From a virus (lineage: Duplodnaviria; Caudoviricetes): a DNA stretch of 35,469 nt. Below, piece after piece: positions 1 through 8,334 of this stretch. The stretch is from IMG/VR virus record IMGVR_UViG_3300032373_000064, positions 1 through 35,469 of that record. The stretch is one strand, 5' to 3'. The notes under the pieces are model-generated. The model did not search any database. It was not told where the DNA came from and was given only the letters and a program-made list of their open reading frames with translations. Each line of letters begins with the position of its first letter. Position 1 is the first letter of the stretch. The position numbers and the translations under genes were made by a program.

Positions 1-1315
1 TGAGCTTTCATCTAGTCATAAGAATGTTCCAGAACCGTTGCAAGTTCCAGCTCCCCCGCAAACCTCTCCCGATGAATGGAAGCAACATTTATTTTTCAAT
101 AAAGATGGTGAAGTTGTTAAACGTAGCTTTGTAAATGCCGAGCTGTTTTTGCGTAATCATCCAGACTTTGCAGGGCTGTTTTTATTTGATGAGTTTTCAC
201 AAGAGCCAGTAATTGCAAAAGAGCCTCCATGGGGTTCGATGGGAGATGCATTGCCGCGTGTTGTTCGGGATATTGACCAGACGCAAGTGCAGCTGCATTT
301 GGAGCGATTGGGAATTATTGTAACAAGCACGCAAGTTCGTGACTTGATGAAGGTGATATATGCGGAAAATAGCTATCATCCGGCGCGCGAATATTTCAGG
401 CGTTTAGAATGGGATGGGAAGCCAAGGCTTGATACGTGGCTGGCTGATTATTGCGGCGCGCGGTTTGATGATGCGCGCTATGTGGCTGCGATTGGCAGAA
501 AGTGGTTAACGGCAGCGGTGCAGCGCGTGTTTGAGCCGGGCTGTAAGTTTGATTCCATGCTGGTGCTTGAAGGAAAGCAGAACGCGGGTAAATCTAGCAT
601 CTTGCGGGAGTTGGCAACGATAGAGGGCGTGCCGTACTTTGATGACACGTTGAAAATTACCGACTTAGGAACCGATAAGGCCGTGCCAAAAATGCAGGGG
701 AATCTGATTATTGAGATAGCGGAAATGTCGGGAATGGGTAAGCGTGATAGCGATGAGTTGAAAGCAGCAATCACGACATGCGAAGATCGAATCATTCGGA
801 AATATGAAAACAACCGAACCTGCTACCCTCGCCAGTTTGTTCTCGCGGGTACGATTAACCCTATGAACGGCTACTTAGTAGACCCCACAGGAAACCGCCG
901 ATTCTGGCCTGTACTGGTAGCCAATCAGATAAACATAGAGGGCTTGCGTAAGGTGAAGTCGCAATTATGGGCAGAAGCATACCACCGGATGAAGGAAGGC
1001 GAAGAGCTGTACTTAAAAGGCGAGTTATATGAAATAGCCGAGCAGATGCAGCAGAAGCGGTTAAAAGAAGACCCATGGCAAGAAATCCTGCAAAGCGCAA
1101 TAATCGAAAATCCTGAAATAGTGGACTACATCACCAGCGAAAAGATACGCGATATTTTAGGATTAAAGCGCGACCGACTTACCCTATACGAGAAAGGCCG
1201 TATCGACAAAATTATGACAATGGATGGCTGGGAGTATAAGCGCCAAGGTACGCGAAAAGGCAGCCGACAAGCGGGCTGGTTTAAAGAGATTATTGAGGAA
1301 GGGCTGGTTGTTTAG
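1..1315 (+). CDS. Primase-helicase, C-terminal part (VapE/virulence-associated E family helicase)
   Basis: VapE motifs: WDGKPRLD, PGCKFDSMLVLEGKQNAGKS (Walker A), IIEIAEM (Walker B), DPTGNRRFWP. The frame is open from base 2 and joins the 34580 ORF, giving about 734 aa. Confidence 0.9.
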   Translation, partial: ELSSSHKNVPEPLQVPAPPQTSPDEWKQHLFFNKDGEVVKRSFVNAELFLRNHPDFAGLFLFDEFSQEPVIAKEPPWGSMGDALPRVVRDIDQTQVQLHLERLGIIVTSTQVRDLMKVIYAENSYHPAREYFRRLEWDGKPRLDTWLADYCGARFDDARYVAAIGRKWLTAAVQRVFEPGCKFDSMLVLEGKQNAGKSSILRELATIEGVPYFDDTLKITDLGTDKAVPKMQGNLIIEIAEMSGMGKRDSDELKAAITTCEDRIIRKYENNRTCYPRQFVLAGTINPMNGYLVDPTGNRRFWPVLVANQINIEGLRKVKSQLWAEAYHRMKEGEELYLKGELYEIAEQMQQKRLKEDPWQEILQSAIIENPEIVDYITSEKIRDILGLKRDRLTLYEKGRIDKIMTMDGWEYKRQGTRKGSRQAGWFKEIIEEGLVV

Positions 1316-1759
1316 ATGAAAATTAACAATATACCAGATGGTAAAGTACTGGCTTTTACTGACCCAAACGCAGCGGAGTGGATGGTCAAAACTCACGGCG
1401 TTGTTTCAGAGTATGTGCATGACTTTTTGCATATTATACCGCCTGAGTATTATGATGATTGCGAGCCAATGAAGGGAGATTTTGTTGCGCTGCTTGCTGA
1501 ATCTTATGAATATGAAACATTTTGTTATAAAGTGATTCATAGCCCACATGAGCCAAACGGGTTCGGAGGTTTTTTTAACCTTGTTTTGCACCACCCCTCC
1601 TCTGATAGACACTACGGAACATATAGGCCGCGTGATGAAGATGACATAGCTTATCACAAATACGTTAGGCCAAATATGAAGATACTCACGAGAGATTTTA
1701 AACCGTTTTTTATGCCTGAAATTATAGATAGAGAGGGCGCCAATAATGCAGTTATATGA
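1316..1759 (+). CDS. Hypothetical protein
   Basis: 147-aa ORF abutting the previous stop and overlapping the next start. Confidence 0.7.
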   Translation: MKINNIPDGKVLAFTDPNAAEWMVKTHGVVSEYVHDFLHIIPPEYYDDCEPMKGDFVALLAESYEYETFCYKVIHSPHEPNGFGGFFNLVLHHPSSDRHYGTYRPRDEDDIAYHKYVRPNMKILTRDFKPFFMPEIIDREGANNAVI

Positions 1760-3146
1760 CCACCAGAAGCGGCAAATTTCCGAACTTCGGAAAAGCCTAA
1801 CAAAAAACAAGCGAGTACTGCTACAAGCGCCAACGGGTTGCGGTAAATCTGTTATGAGTGCAAGCATGATTGCGGGAAGTCAGGCCAAGGGTAAACGGTC
1901 ACTCTTTTGCGTTCCACGGCGCGAGCTTATGAAGCAGATGAGCAACACCTTTACCAAGTTCGATATCGACCATAGCTTTGTCAGTAGCGGTAAAGTGTTT
2001 AACCCATACGCCAAAACGCATATCGCAACACTTGGAACGCTGGTGCGAAGGTTAGAGAGCGTCAAGCCCGATGTCGTGTTTGTGGATGAAACGCATTATT
2101 CTATTTCACAAGTCGAGAAAGTGATAGCGCACTACACAGAGAAAGGCGCTTATAGCATTGGCTTAACCGCAACGCCTATACACGGTAGCGGCAAAGGTTT
2201 AGGCAGGTTCTACGATGATATGGTGCTTGGTGTGAGTACGGCATACCTCATAGAGCATGGTTTTCTTTCTGATTATCGAGCATTTGCTGCAACAAAGCCA
2301 AGTGGACTTGATAAAATTTCCGTCCGTGGCGGCGAGTACGCGCAAGGCGAGCTTGCGGAGCTAATGGAATCAGATGGCTACGTCATTGGTAACGCCGTTA
2401 ATGAATATTGTAAGCACGCGCGCGGCATGGCTACGGTAGTTTTTTGCGTAAGTCGGAAACACGCGCAACGGGTGCAGGAATCGTTTTTGCAACGCGGTAT
2501 ATCGGCGGGGTATATTGATGGAACCCACACAGACTCGCAACGTGGTGAGATTATCAGGCGCTTTGCATCAAGGCAGGATGAGGTTCTCATAAGCGTGAAT
2601 CTTCTGCAATATGGTTTTGACCTAGCAAGCGCCAGTGGCATGGATATTACGATAGAGGCGATGATTGATTTGCAGCCTACTAAGTCGCTGGCAATGCAGC
2701 TGCAAAAATGGGGCAGGGTGCTACGCCGAAAATCGACGCCAGCGGTTATCTTAGATAATGCGGGAAATTTAGCGGAGCATGGCTATCCAGATGACGCAAG
2801 AGAGTGGACGTTAGCGGATAGAAAGAAACGCGCAAAATCAGCAGCGGAGGAAAGAGAGGCGGCGCAAACGGTTGTTTGTAAGGGCTGTAAATCTCAATAT
2901 AAGATAGAGCTACCAGCCTGCCCCCATTGCGGGAAAGAGCGCGAAGCCGTGCGCGATGTGGAAGAGTTAGATGGTGAATTGAAAGAGTTAGACCGCGAAG
3001 CAATTAAGCGGCAGCGAGCAAGGGAGCAAAGGCAGGCGCAAACCTTGGAGCAACTTATTGAGTTAGGAAAACAACGCGGCATGAAACATCCTGAAAAGTG
3101 GGCCGCTTATGTGTTTACTGCACGTGCTAAAAAGGGGCGGGTGTAA
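1746..3146 (+). CDS. Superfamily II DEAD/DEAH-box helicase with C-terminal Zn ribbon
   Basis: Q-motif LYDHQ, APTGCGKS, FVDETH, GLTATP, QKWGRVLR, and CKGC...CPHC. Confidence 0.92.
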   Translation: MQLYDHQKRQISELRKSLTKNKRVLLQAPTGCGKSVMSASMIAGSQAKGKRSLFCVPRRELMKQMSNTFTKFDIDHSFVSSGKVFNPYAKTHIATLGTLVRRLESVKPDVVFVDETHYSISQVEKVIAHYTEKGAYSIGLTATPIHGSGKGLGRFYDDMVLGVSTAYLIEHGFLSDYRAFAATKPSGLDKISVRGGEYAQGELAELMESDGYVIGNAVNEYCKHARGMATVVFCVSRKHAQRVQESFLQRGISAGYIDGTHTDSQRGEIIRRFASRQDEVLISVNLLQYGFDLASASGMDITIEAMIDLQPTKSLAMQLQKWGRVLRRKSTPAVILDNAGNLAEHGYPDDAREWTLADRKKRAKSAAEEREAAQTVVCKGCKSQYKIELPACPHCGKEREAVRDVEELDGELKELDREAIKRQRAREQRQAQTLEQLIELGKQRGMKHPEKWAAYVFTARAKKGRV

Positions 3147-3154
3147 AATAACTA

Positions 3155-3190
3155 TTTACATAATGCGCGTAATGTGCAATGGTAATCATG
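3155..3190 (+). promoter_or_regulatory. Putative sigma70-type promoter of the exo-recT-ssb operon
   Basis: TTTACA (3155-3160), 17 bp, AATGGT (3178-3183) with a TGn extension. The predicted start near G3190 begins GCAACGGAAAG, as at the primase promoter. Confidence 0.5.
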
Positions 3191-3208
3191 CAACGGAAAG
3201 GAACCTAG

Positions 3209-4132
3209 ATGAAACGAGAAACACTACCCTATATAGATGAAGAAACGTGGTTAAGTTATCGCGTGGATGACATTACCAGTACCATGATGCCCGCGCTATT
3301 TGGCTTTTCTCCATATACAACGCTATTTGAATTGCACCACACAAAGCGGGGTAATTATGCGGTAGATTTCCCCCGAAATGACCGTATGCGGCAAGGCTCC
3401 AAAATGGAGGACTATATCGCCGCTGAATATGCAGAGCAGCAGGGTGTAGAGGTTAAGCCATACAAGGATTATATCCGACTACCTGAGCACCGCATCGGAT
3501 CTAGCTTTGATTACATTACAGCGGATGAGAGCAAGCTGATTGAGATCAAGGCCGTTGATTGGCTTGTGTGGAAAGATTGGGATGAGGGCGAACTACCCCC
3601 GCATATTGAGATTCAAGTGCAGCATGAGATGATGGTGAGCGGGGTTCATAAGTGCGATGTGGTCGTGATGACTGGCATTTACGATATGCATATTTACGAG
3701 CGCGAAGCAGACCCAGAAATGTTTGCTGCGATGAAGCAAGCCGTGGCGAAATTCTGGCACGATGTAGAAAACGCGATAGAGCCGCCAGCAGACTATGAGC
3801 GTGATGGTGATGTGATTAGCGAGCTATTTAATCCAAAAGGCGAGTTGCAGGACTTTACGGATAATGAAGATTTTAATCGCTTGGCTTCTGAAATAACCTA
3901 CAATAAGGCGTTGGAAAAAGAACATAAGACGAAAGCCACCGCGGCAAAAAATGAGCTGTTTCATTTGCTAGGTGATTCGGCTGGCGGGTTTACGAAAAAC
4001 TACCGTATCAAGGCTGGCCGCACAAAAGACACAGCAGGGAAGGTAATTACGCAAGAAATGGTCGGAACGGTGACGGGCGCACGCAAGGGCTACCGCCGAT
4101 GTGATATAACGGAATTAAACAAAGGAGAATAA
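3209..4132 (+). CDS. YqaJ-like viral recombination exonuclease
   Basis: WLSYR..ITST, G..ME, IGSSFD, LIEIK and QVQHEM motifs; directly upstream of RecT. Confidence 0.88.
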   Translation: MKRETLPYIDEETWLSYRVDDITSTMMPALFGFSPYTTLFELHHTKRGNYAVDFPRNDRMRQGSKMEDYIAAEYAEQQGVEVKPYKDYIRLPEHRIGSSFDYITADESKLIEIKAVDWLVWKDWDEGELPPHIEIQVQHEMMVSGVHKCDVVVMTGIYDMHIYEREADPEMFAAMKQAVAKFWHDVENAIEPPADYERDGDVISELFNPKGELQDFTDNEDFNRLASEITYNKALEKEHKTKATAAKNELFHLLGDSAGGFTKNYRIKAGRTKDTAGKVITQEMVGTVTGARKGYRRCDITELNKGE

Positions 4133-4136
4133 CAAA

Positions 4137-4316
4137 ATGGGAGAGCCACTATATACGCTTGAAGACTTGATAAAAGAGCGCGATTTTTTCAAGCGGGATT
4201 TTGAGCAAGCTATTGCCGATGGCGATAAAGATGAAGAGCTTTTTAACTGGTCTATGATGACTGAATTTAACAAAGAAATAGAAAGTATGCAAAATGGCAA
4301 ATCAACTACCGATTAA
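4137..4316 (+). CDS. Hypothetical 59-aa acidic protein (not in ORF track)
   Basis: AAGGAG SD, then MGEPLYTLEDLIKERDFFKRDFEQAIADGDKDEELFNW...TTD*; fills the gap between exonuclease and RecT. Confidence 0.7.
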   Translation: MGEPLYTLEDLIKERDFFKRDFEQAIADGDKDEELFNWSMMTEFNKEIESMQNGKSTTD

Positions 4317-5181
4317 GCAAACACTAAAGCACGCAGAAGGAAACTTTAAGCAGCTTCTACAGGCAACGGGTACGGACGTTGCACGGTTTATGAATAACGC
4401 GATTATAGCGTCATCAGAGAATGAGGATATAGCCAAGGGCAATGTAAGCGCTAAAAGCGTTTTGAACGTATGTTCCCGCGCCGCTAATGATGGTTTAGTG
4501 CTTGATGGTAAAGAAGCGGCCATTGTTATTGGTAGCGTTAAAAAGAACGGCCAATGGGTAAAAGAAGCGCAATACCGTCAAATGATTGGCGGTGTTATGA
4601 AAATGATTAATCGAAGCCCGAATATCAAGTTCGTTAATGTTCAGCTAGTTTATGAAAATGATATTTGCAAAATTGATCTGGCGGCTGAGGGGAAGCCAGT
4701 TATACACGAAATAAACCTAGATAAAGAGCGCGGTGATGTTCGTGGTTGTTATGCTTATGCTAAATTAACAGATGGGGAATACAGCTCTGTCGAATATATG
4801 ACCACGGCGCAAATCAACGCCATTCGTGAAAACTATTCAAGCGACAAGTCACCAATGTGGAACAAGTCATGGGGCGAAGCTGCACGTAAAACTGTGTTGC
4901 ACCGTGCTAAAAAGCGATGGCCTATTGATAACGAAGTGGAGGTTGCGCTGCGAGATGATGAAAAAGGCGAGGATATTACTATCATTGAGCATGAAGAAGA
5001 AAAGCCAGAACCAACAAAGAAGAAGTCAGTAAAAGACAAGGTGAAGGCTAAGATGAAGGAAACGGTAGAAAAAGAGCTTCCGCCGCATAACGCAGAAACA
5101 GGCGAAATAGAAGAGGCGGAATATGAAGAAAGCCCGCCGCCGCATACGGACGAAGATATTAACGATGAAATGCCGATATAG
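4294..5181 (+). CDS. recT: RecT-family single-strand annealing protein
   Basis: AANDGLVLDGKEAAIV, QYRQMIGG, VYEND, GCYAYAKL, SPMWNKSWGEAARKTVLHRAKKRWP; paired with a YqaJ exonuclease. Confidence 0.88.
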   Translation: MANQLPIKQTLKHAEGNFKQLLQATGTDVARFMNNAIIASSENEDIAKGNVSAKSVLNVCSRAANDGLVLDGKEAAIVIGSVKKNGQWVKEAQYRQMIGGVMKMINRSPNIKFVNVQLVYENDICKIDLAAEGKPVIHEINLDKERGDVRGCYAYAKLTDGEYSSVEYMTTAQINAIRENYSSDKSPMWNKSWGEAARKTVLHRAKKRWPIDNEVEVALRDDEKGEDITIIEHEEEKPEPTKKKSVKDKVKAKMKETVEKELPPHNAETGEIEEAEYEESPPPHTDEDINDEMPI

Positions 5182-5191
5182 GAGATTAGTC

Positions 5192-5425
5192 GTGTTTGGT
5201 GGGGAAAAATGCAATGAAACAATCGATTTAGAGGACTACATAAGGATGAAAAACCAGAGCGAAAAACAGAATATACGCATAATTGCTACATATAAAAGCG
5301 GAAGAGAGGAAACCTACACGCACAAGTTAAACAAGGGAGGCTCTGTTAAAAAAGACACGAATGAGCTTATATCGGCCCTTAGGAGCTTTCCAACGGTTGA
5401 TTCAGTAAAAACAATATTAATATAG
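5192..5425 (+). CDS. Hypothetical protein
   Basis: GGAG at 5181 precedes in-frame GTG 5192 (alternative ATG 5246). Confidence 0.55.
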   Translation: MFGGEKCNETIDLEDYIRMKNQSEKQNIRIIATYKSGREETYTHKLNKGGSVKKDTNELISALRSFPTVDSVKTILI

Positions 5426-5436
5426 GAGAGAATAAA

Positions 5437-5790
5437 ATGAGTTCAGTAAACAAAGTAATTATCATAGGCAATGTGGGGCAAGACCCTGAAATTCGCCAAA
5501 CACAAAACGGCGATGCTATCGCCAACTTGTCAATCGCCACAAGCGAAAGCTGGAAAGACAAAAACACCGGCGAGCGTAAAGAAAAGACAGAATGGCATAA
5601 AGTCTCAATTTTTGGGAAGACTGCAGAGATTGTGGAGAAGTACGTTAACAAAGGCTCAAAGCTTTATATTGAAGGCCAGCTACAAACTCGCAAATGGACG
5701 GATAAAGACGGAAACGAGCGCTACACTACCGAAGTAGTGGTTCAAGGCTATAACGGCAACATGACAATGCTTGATTCTAAAAATGGATAA
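5437..5790 (+). CDS. ssb: Single-stranded DNA-binding protein (OB fold only, no acidic tail)
   Basis: [59 protein letters not shown]. Confidence 0.95.
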   Translation: MSSVNKVIIIGNVGQDPEIRQTQNGDAIANLSIATSESWKDKNTGERKEKTEWHKVSIFGKTAEIVEKYVNKGSKLYIEGQLQTRKWTDKDGNERYTTEVVVQGYNGNMTMLDSKNG

Positions 5791-5992
5791 GTATCAACCA
5801 ACAAAATGCGACAACTGCAAAGTTAACCCACCCTTTAAACAATACGCTTTGGGGTGGGTTAATGGCGTTAGCGTTTACTTATGTGAAAAATGCAGCGGTA
5901 GGCTGGCTACTCATGGTGTTCAAGAGCAGCAACGCCGCCTTGAAAAGCTGGCTGATATTGTGGCGAATCAAGGAGAAACCTGCATTCAATAA
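5783..5992 (+). CDS. Small Zn-finger protein
   Basis: CDNC...LCEKC; ATG 5783 overlaps the end of ssb. Confidence 0.6.
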   Translation: MDKYQPTKCDNCKVNPPFKQYALGWVNGVSVYLCEKCSGRLATHGVQEQQRRLEKLADIVANQGETCIQ

Positions 5993-6350
5993 GGAACTCG
6001 CCTATCATTGGCAGATTCCATGCCACTAGATGATTTCCGCCAGTTGCCCATTTATGCAAAGCATATTCTTTTTGCGCGTTAGTGCATTTTCGCCACGCTT
6101 CGTCATCAGATTTTGCATCTTTCAGCTCTACTGTCGCGCATCTATCTCCTACCTCAAAAACCCAATCAGGCGCGCCATTCATTACGCCTATCGCTTTTCG
6201 TTTTTTCAGCGCCGCAATCTGATTTCCTTTTGCAAGAATTTCATTAGGGCAGTGATACGCAATCCCGCTATATGTTCCGTCAATCTGCGATTGCTTTACT
6301 GCGGCCTTAACCTGCGATGATAATAAATCCTCGCCTTTTAATACAGGCAC
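5907..6350 (-). CDS. VRR-NUC / PD-(D/E)XK nuclease
   Basis: YHCPNE, GVMNGAPDW, TVELK and TNAQKEY match the phage VRR-NUC pattern. Confidence 0.8.
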   Translation of the reverse strand: MPVLKGEDLLSSQVKAAVKQSQIDGTYSGIAYHCPNEILAKGNQIAALKKRKAIGVMNGAPDWVFEVGDRCATVELKDAKSDDEAWRKCTNAQKEYALHKWATGGNHLVAWNLPMIGEFLIECRFLLDSPQYQPAFQGGVAALEHHE

Positions 6351-6514
6351 GAAAAGTCAAACTCGCCATTGGTTATCTCTTTAAGCTTATCCCGTTGCGC
6401 TGGCTGTGGCATAACGCCTTTCTGCCATTGGTATATAGCGGCACGAGTTACGCCTAGTGCTTTTGCCAGCGCCGTAACGCCTCCCGCGTGTTGTATAGTG
6501 TCCTCTAATGTCAT
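6338..6514 (-). CDS. Cro-like HTH repressor (58 aa)
   Basis: MTLEDTIQHAGGVTALAKALGVTRAAIYQWQKGVMP. The true start is ATG 6514, not 6910 as in the ORF track. Confidence 0.85.
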   Translation of the reverse strand: MTLEDTIQHAGGVTALAKALGVTRAAIYQWQKGVMPQPAQRDKLKEITNGEFDFSCLY

Positions 6515-6549
6515 AGCTACACTATAAAGATTAAAACCGGTATTGTAAA
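6514..6549 (-). promoter_or_regulatory. Sigma70-type promoter of the cro-like gene, probably leaderless
   Basis: Minus strand: TTTACA (6549-6544), 17 bp, TATAGT (6526-6521), 6 nt, ATG. Confidence 0.7.
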
Positions 6550-6568
6550 TATATTGTTTACTTGTAAA
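6545..6568. promoter_or_regulatory. Candidate operator between divergent promoters
   Basis: Overlapping inverted repeats GTAAA-N7-TTTAC and TTTAC-TT-GTAAA lie between the two -35 boxes. Confidence 0.4.
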
Positions 6569-6575
6569 TAAATAA

Positions 6576-6604
6576 TTGACACCACCGAGGAAGCTTGCTA
6601 TACC
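6576..6604 (+). promoter_or_regulatory. Sigma70-type promoter of the right accessory operon
   Basis: TTGACA (6576-6581), 17 bp, TATACC (6599-6604) with a TGn extension and an AT-rich upstream tract. Confidence 0.7.
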
Positions 6605-6626
6605 TTGGTTATCGAAAGCGAGGAAC

Positions 6627-6800
6627 ATGATGAATAAAGAGCAAGAAGCAATGAGTAACTGGAAACAATGGTATGACCAACAGCAGGTAATGAGTGAGGA
6701 ATGGTATAGAGCGGACATGACGCTGAACATATCATTAATGCTCATTGGTGCCGCAATTGGCGTAATGTTTATGATGTTATTAATGTTAGCAGGGGTGTGA
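6627..6800 (+). CDS. Small membrane protein
   Basis: GAGG SD; C-terminal hydrophobic helix ISLMLIGAAIGVMFMMLLMLAGV. Confidence 0.65.
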   Translation: MMNKEQEAMSNWKQWYDQQQVMSEEWYRADMTLNISLMLIGAAIGVMFMMLLMLAGV

Positions 6801-6801
6801 G

Positions 6802-7089
6802 ATGAGCGCATTAGCACAATATGAAGCGCTGATTGAACACTGCACGATTCAATCGCCAGAAAAAACGCCGGAATTATACAGTCACACGATGAGAAAACAG
6901 CCAGTACCAAAGCTTGATATTGTTGGGTCTAAAGCGCTGTTGCGTGATGTAGAGGACTTGAAGCGCCAACTACGCCGTATTGTTGGTGACTTTGCAGATG
7001 CTCGCAACTTCCCGATTCGCATGCATGATTATGCTGTGATTGACGAGGCAATTGATGAAGCGTTTTACCATGAGAGAGAGGGGATGTGA
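6802..7089 (+). CDS. Hypothetical protein
   Basis: 95-aa ORF in a tightly coupled gene chain. Confidence 0.65.
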   Translation: MSALAQYEALIEHCTIQSPEKTPELYSHTMRKQPVPKLDIVGSKALLRDVEDLKRQLRRIVGDFADARNFPIRMHDYAVIDEAIDEAFYHEREGM

Positions 7090-7211
7090 TGCGAGTTATG
7101 GCATTGATAGCGTTATTGCTTTTATCGGCCTGCAACAACGCATGGGAAACCTGCCGCGCAAAGCATAGCAAGCAGGTGTGTGTGAATTTATTACAGGAAA
7201 CGGGGGAGTGA
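7089..7211 (+). CDS. Small lipoprotein, 40 aa (not in ORF track)
   Basis: MRVMALIALLLLSAC-NNAWETCRAKHSKQVCVNLLQETGE*; LSAC lipobox; TGATG overlaps at both ends. Confidence 0.75.
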   Translation: MRVMALIALLLLSACNNAWETCRAKHSKQVCVNLLQETGE

Positions 7212-7486
7212 TGAGTATTCAAGAGAAGTTTGAGGCTTGGGCAGATGCTGTTGCAGATGATGATTGGCCAGCAACACTGATCGAAGCCTACCAAGCCGCC
7301 TACCAGCAAGTGTTGGCTGATGTGGTGGAGATGTTGGAGAGTGAGGAGGTGGTAAAGACTGTAGCAGAGTCTATTTTTGATGAAGGGCATTACAGGTGGA
7401 ATAATCGAGATAGCGCAGAGGGTATAGGCGCAGACCTAGCCAACGAAGCCCTAACCGCGATTAAACAGAAAGTGAAGGAAGTGTGA
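7211..7486 (+). CDS. Hypothetical protein
   Basis: MSIQEKFEAW..., GGAG SD, translationally coupled. Confidence 0.65.
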   Translation: MSIQEKFEAWADAVADDDWPATLIEAYQAAYQQVLADVVEMLESEEVVKTVAESIFDEGHYRWNNRDSAEGIGADLANEALTAIKQKVKEV

Positions 7487-7707
7487 TGTCTTGGAAACCT
7501 TATATTTCTGTGGAGAGCGACGGAACAACGTGGAGCGATGACGGTATTCCATGTCCTTATTGCCACCACGTACACACGGATGATTTGTTTGAAGTTCCTG
7601 GGGCGTACACCGAATATGGCGGAGATATGACTTGTTCCAGTTGTGAAAAAGATTTCGATTTTAGCACATCAATATCTTACGCATATACAGGGAGAAAAAA
7701 CCAATGA
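7483..7707 (+). CDS. Zn-ribbon protein (paralog of 33262..33486)
   Basis: CPYC...CSSC. Confidence 0.7.
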   Translation: MMSWKPYISVESDGTTWSDDGIPCPYCHHVHTDDLFEVPGAYTEYGGDMTCSSCEKDFDFSTSISYAYTGRKNQ

Positions 7708-7985
7708 CCAATAAAGAACAATTAGAGCGCGTGGCTAGGGCTATGAGGCCTTGTCTACCCGGCGAGATAGTCGCCAATATCGAAAGCGCAGCAGAAGCCT
7801 CGATTGATTTGATGGAGCCGGAGTTCGCCACATGGGAAGAGTTGCAGCAAATATCAGACAAGGTAACTGAGCCGAATGATGGCGACAGTGTTCGTATTGC
7901 CATGCAGGGCGCTATTAATGCTTTTGTGATAGAGATTACGAAATTAGGCTATCAGATTACAAAACCACCGAAAGAGAGTGAATGA
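7704..7985 (+). CDS. Hypothetical protein
   Basis: ATGA-coupled ORF, MTNKEQLERVARAM... Confidence 0.65.
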   Translation: MTNKEQLERVARAMRPCLPGEIVANIESAAEASIDLMEPEFATWEELQQISDKVTEPNDGDSVRIAMQGAINAFVIEITKLGYQITKPPKESE

Positions 7986-8182
7986 TGGAATTGATAATAA
8001 CACCTGACGGATGGCCTTGTTTTCTTGAAGAGTGTCAACCCGGGTTTTTTATATATGAAGGGCAGCTTTGCTTTAAATCTGAGTATGGCATGGATGGAAT
8101 TTATAATAGTGCTGGTGAATATTTTTGCCCCAGAGAGATTAAAGTTCAGCCTGTCTGCTACGAATGGAGAGAGGGCCAATGA
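7982..8182 (+). CDS. Hypothetical protein
   Basis: ATGA-coupled 66-aa ORF. Confidence 0.6.
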   Translation: MMELIITPDGWPCFLEECQPGFFIYEGQLCFKSEYGMDGIYNSAGEYFCPREIKVQPVCYEWREGQ

Positions 8183-8334
8183 CTAACCTATCAATCCTAC
8201 GCATAAAATACACGCTACTGACACGGCAAGCGATATTGCAGGGCGTGGTAAGGATGGAAGAGAATGCGCGTAAGGTGGGGAAATATGAGGCCAAACCAGC
8301 AACGAAAGCGAGCCTGTTAGATGCAATCGCGTAA
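8179..8334 (+). CDS. Hypothetical 51-aa protein (not in ORF track)
   Basis: MTNLSILRIKYTLL...LLDAIA*; ATGA overlap with the previous stop. Confidence 0.5.
   Translation: MTNLSILRIKYTLLTRQAILQGVVRMEENARKVGKYEAKPATKASLLDAIA

Noticed and set aside
5775-5800. Programmed frameshift giving SSB a C-terminal tail
   Set aside because: The downstream ORF is in the +1 frame, has its own ATG, and encodes a Zn finger rather than an acidic tail.
6515-6910. 190-aa version of the Cro-like ORF
   Set aside because: It overlaps plus-strand genes and both promoters; the HTH protein starts at ATG 6514.
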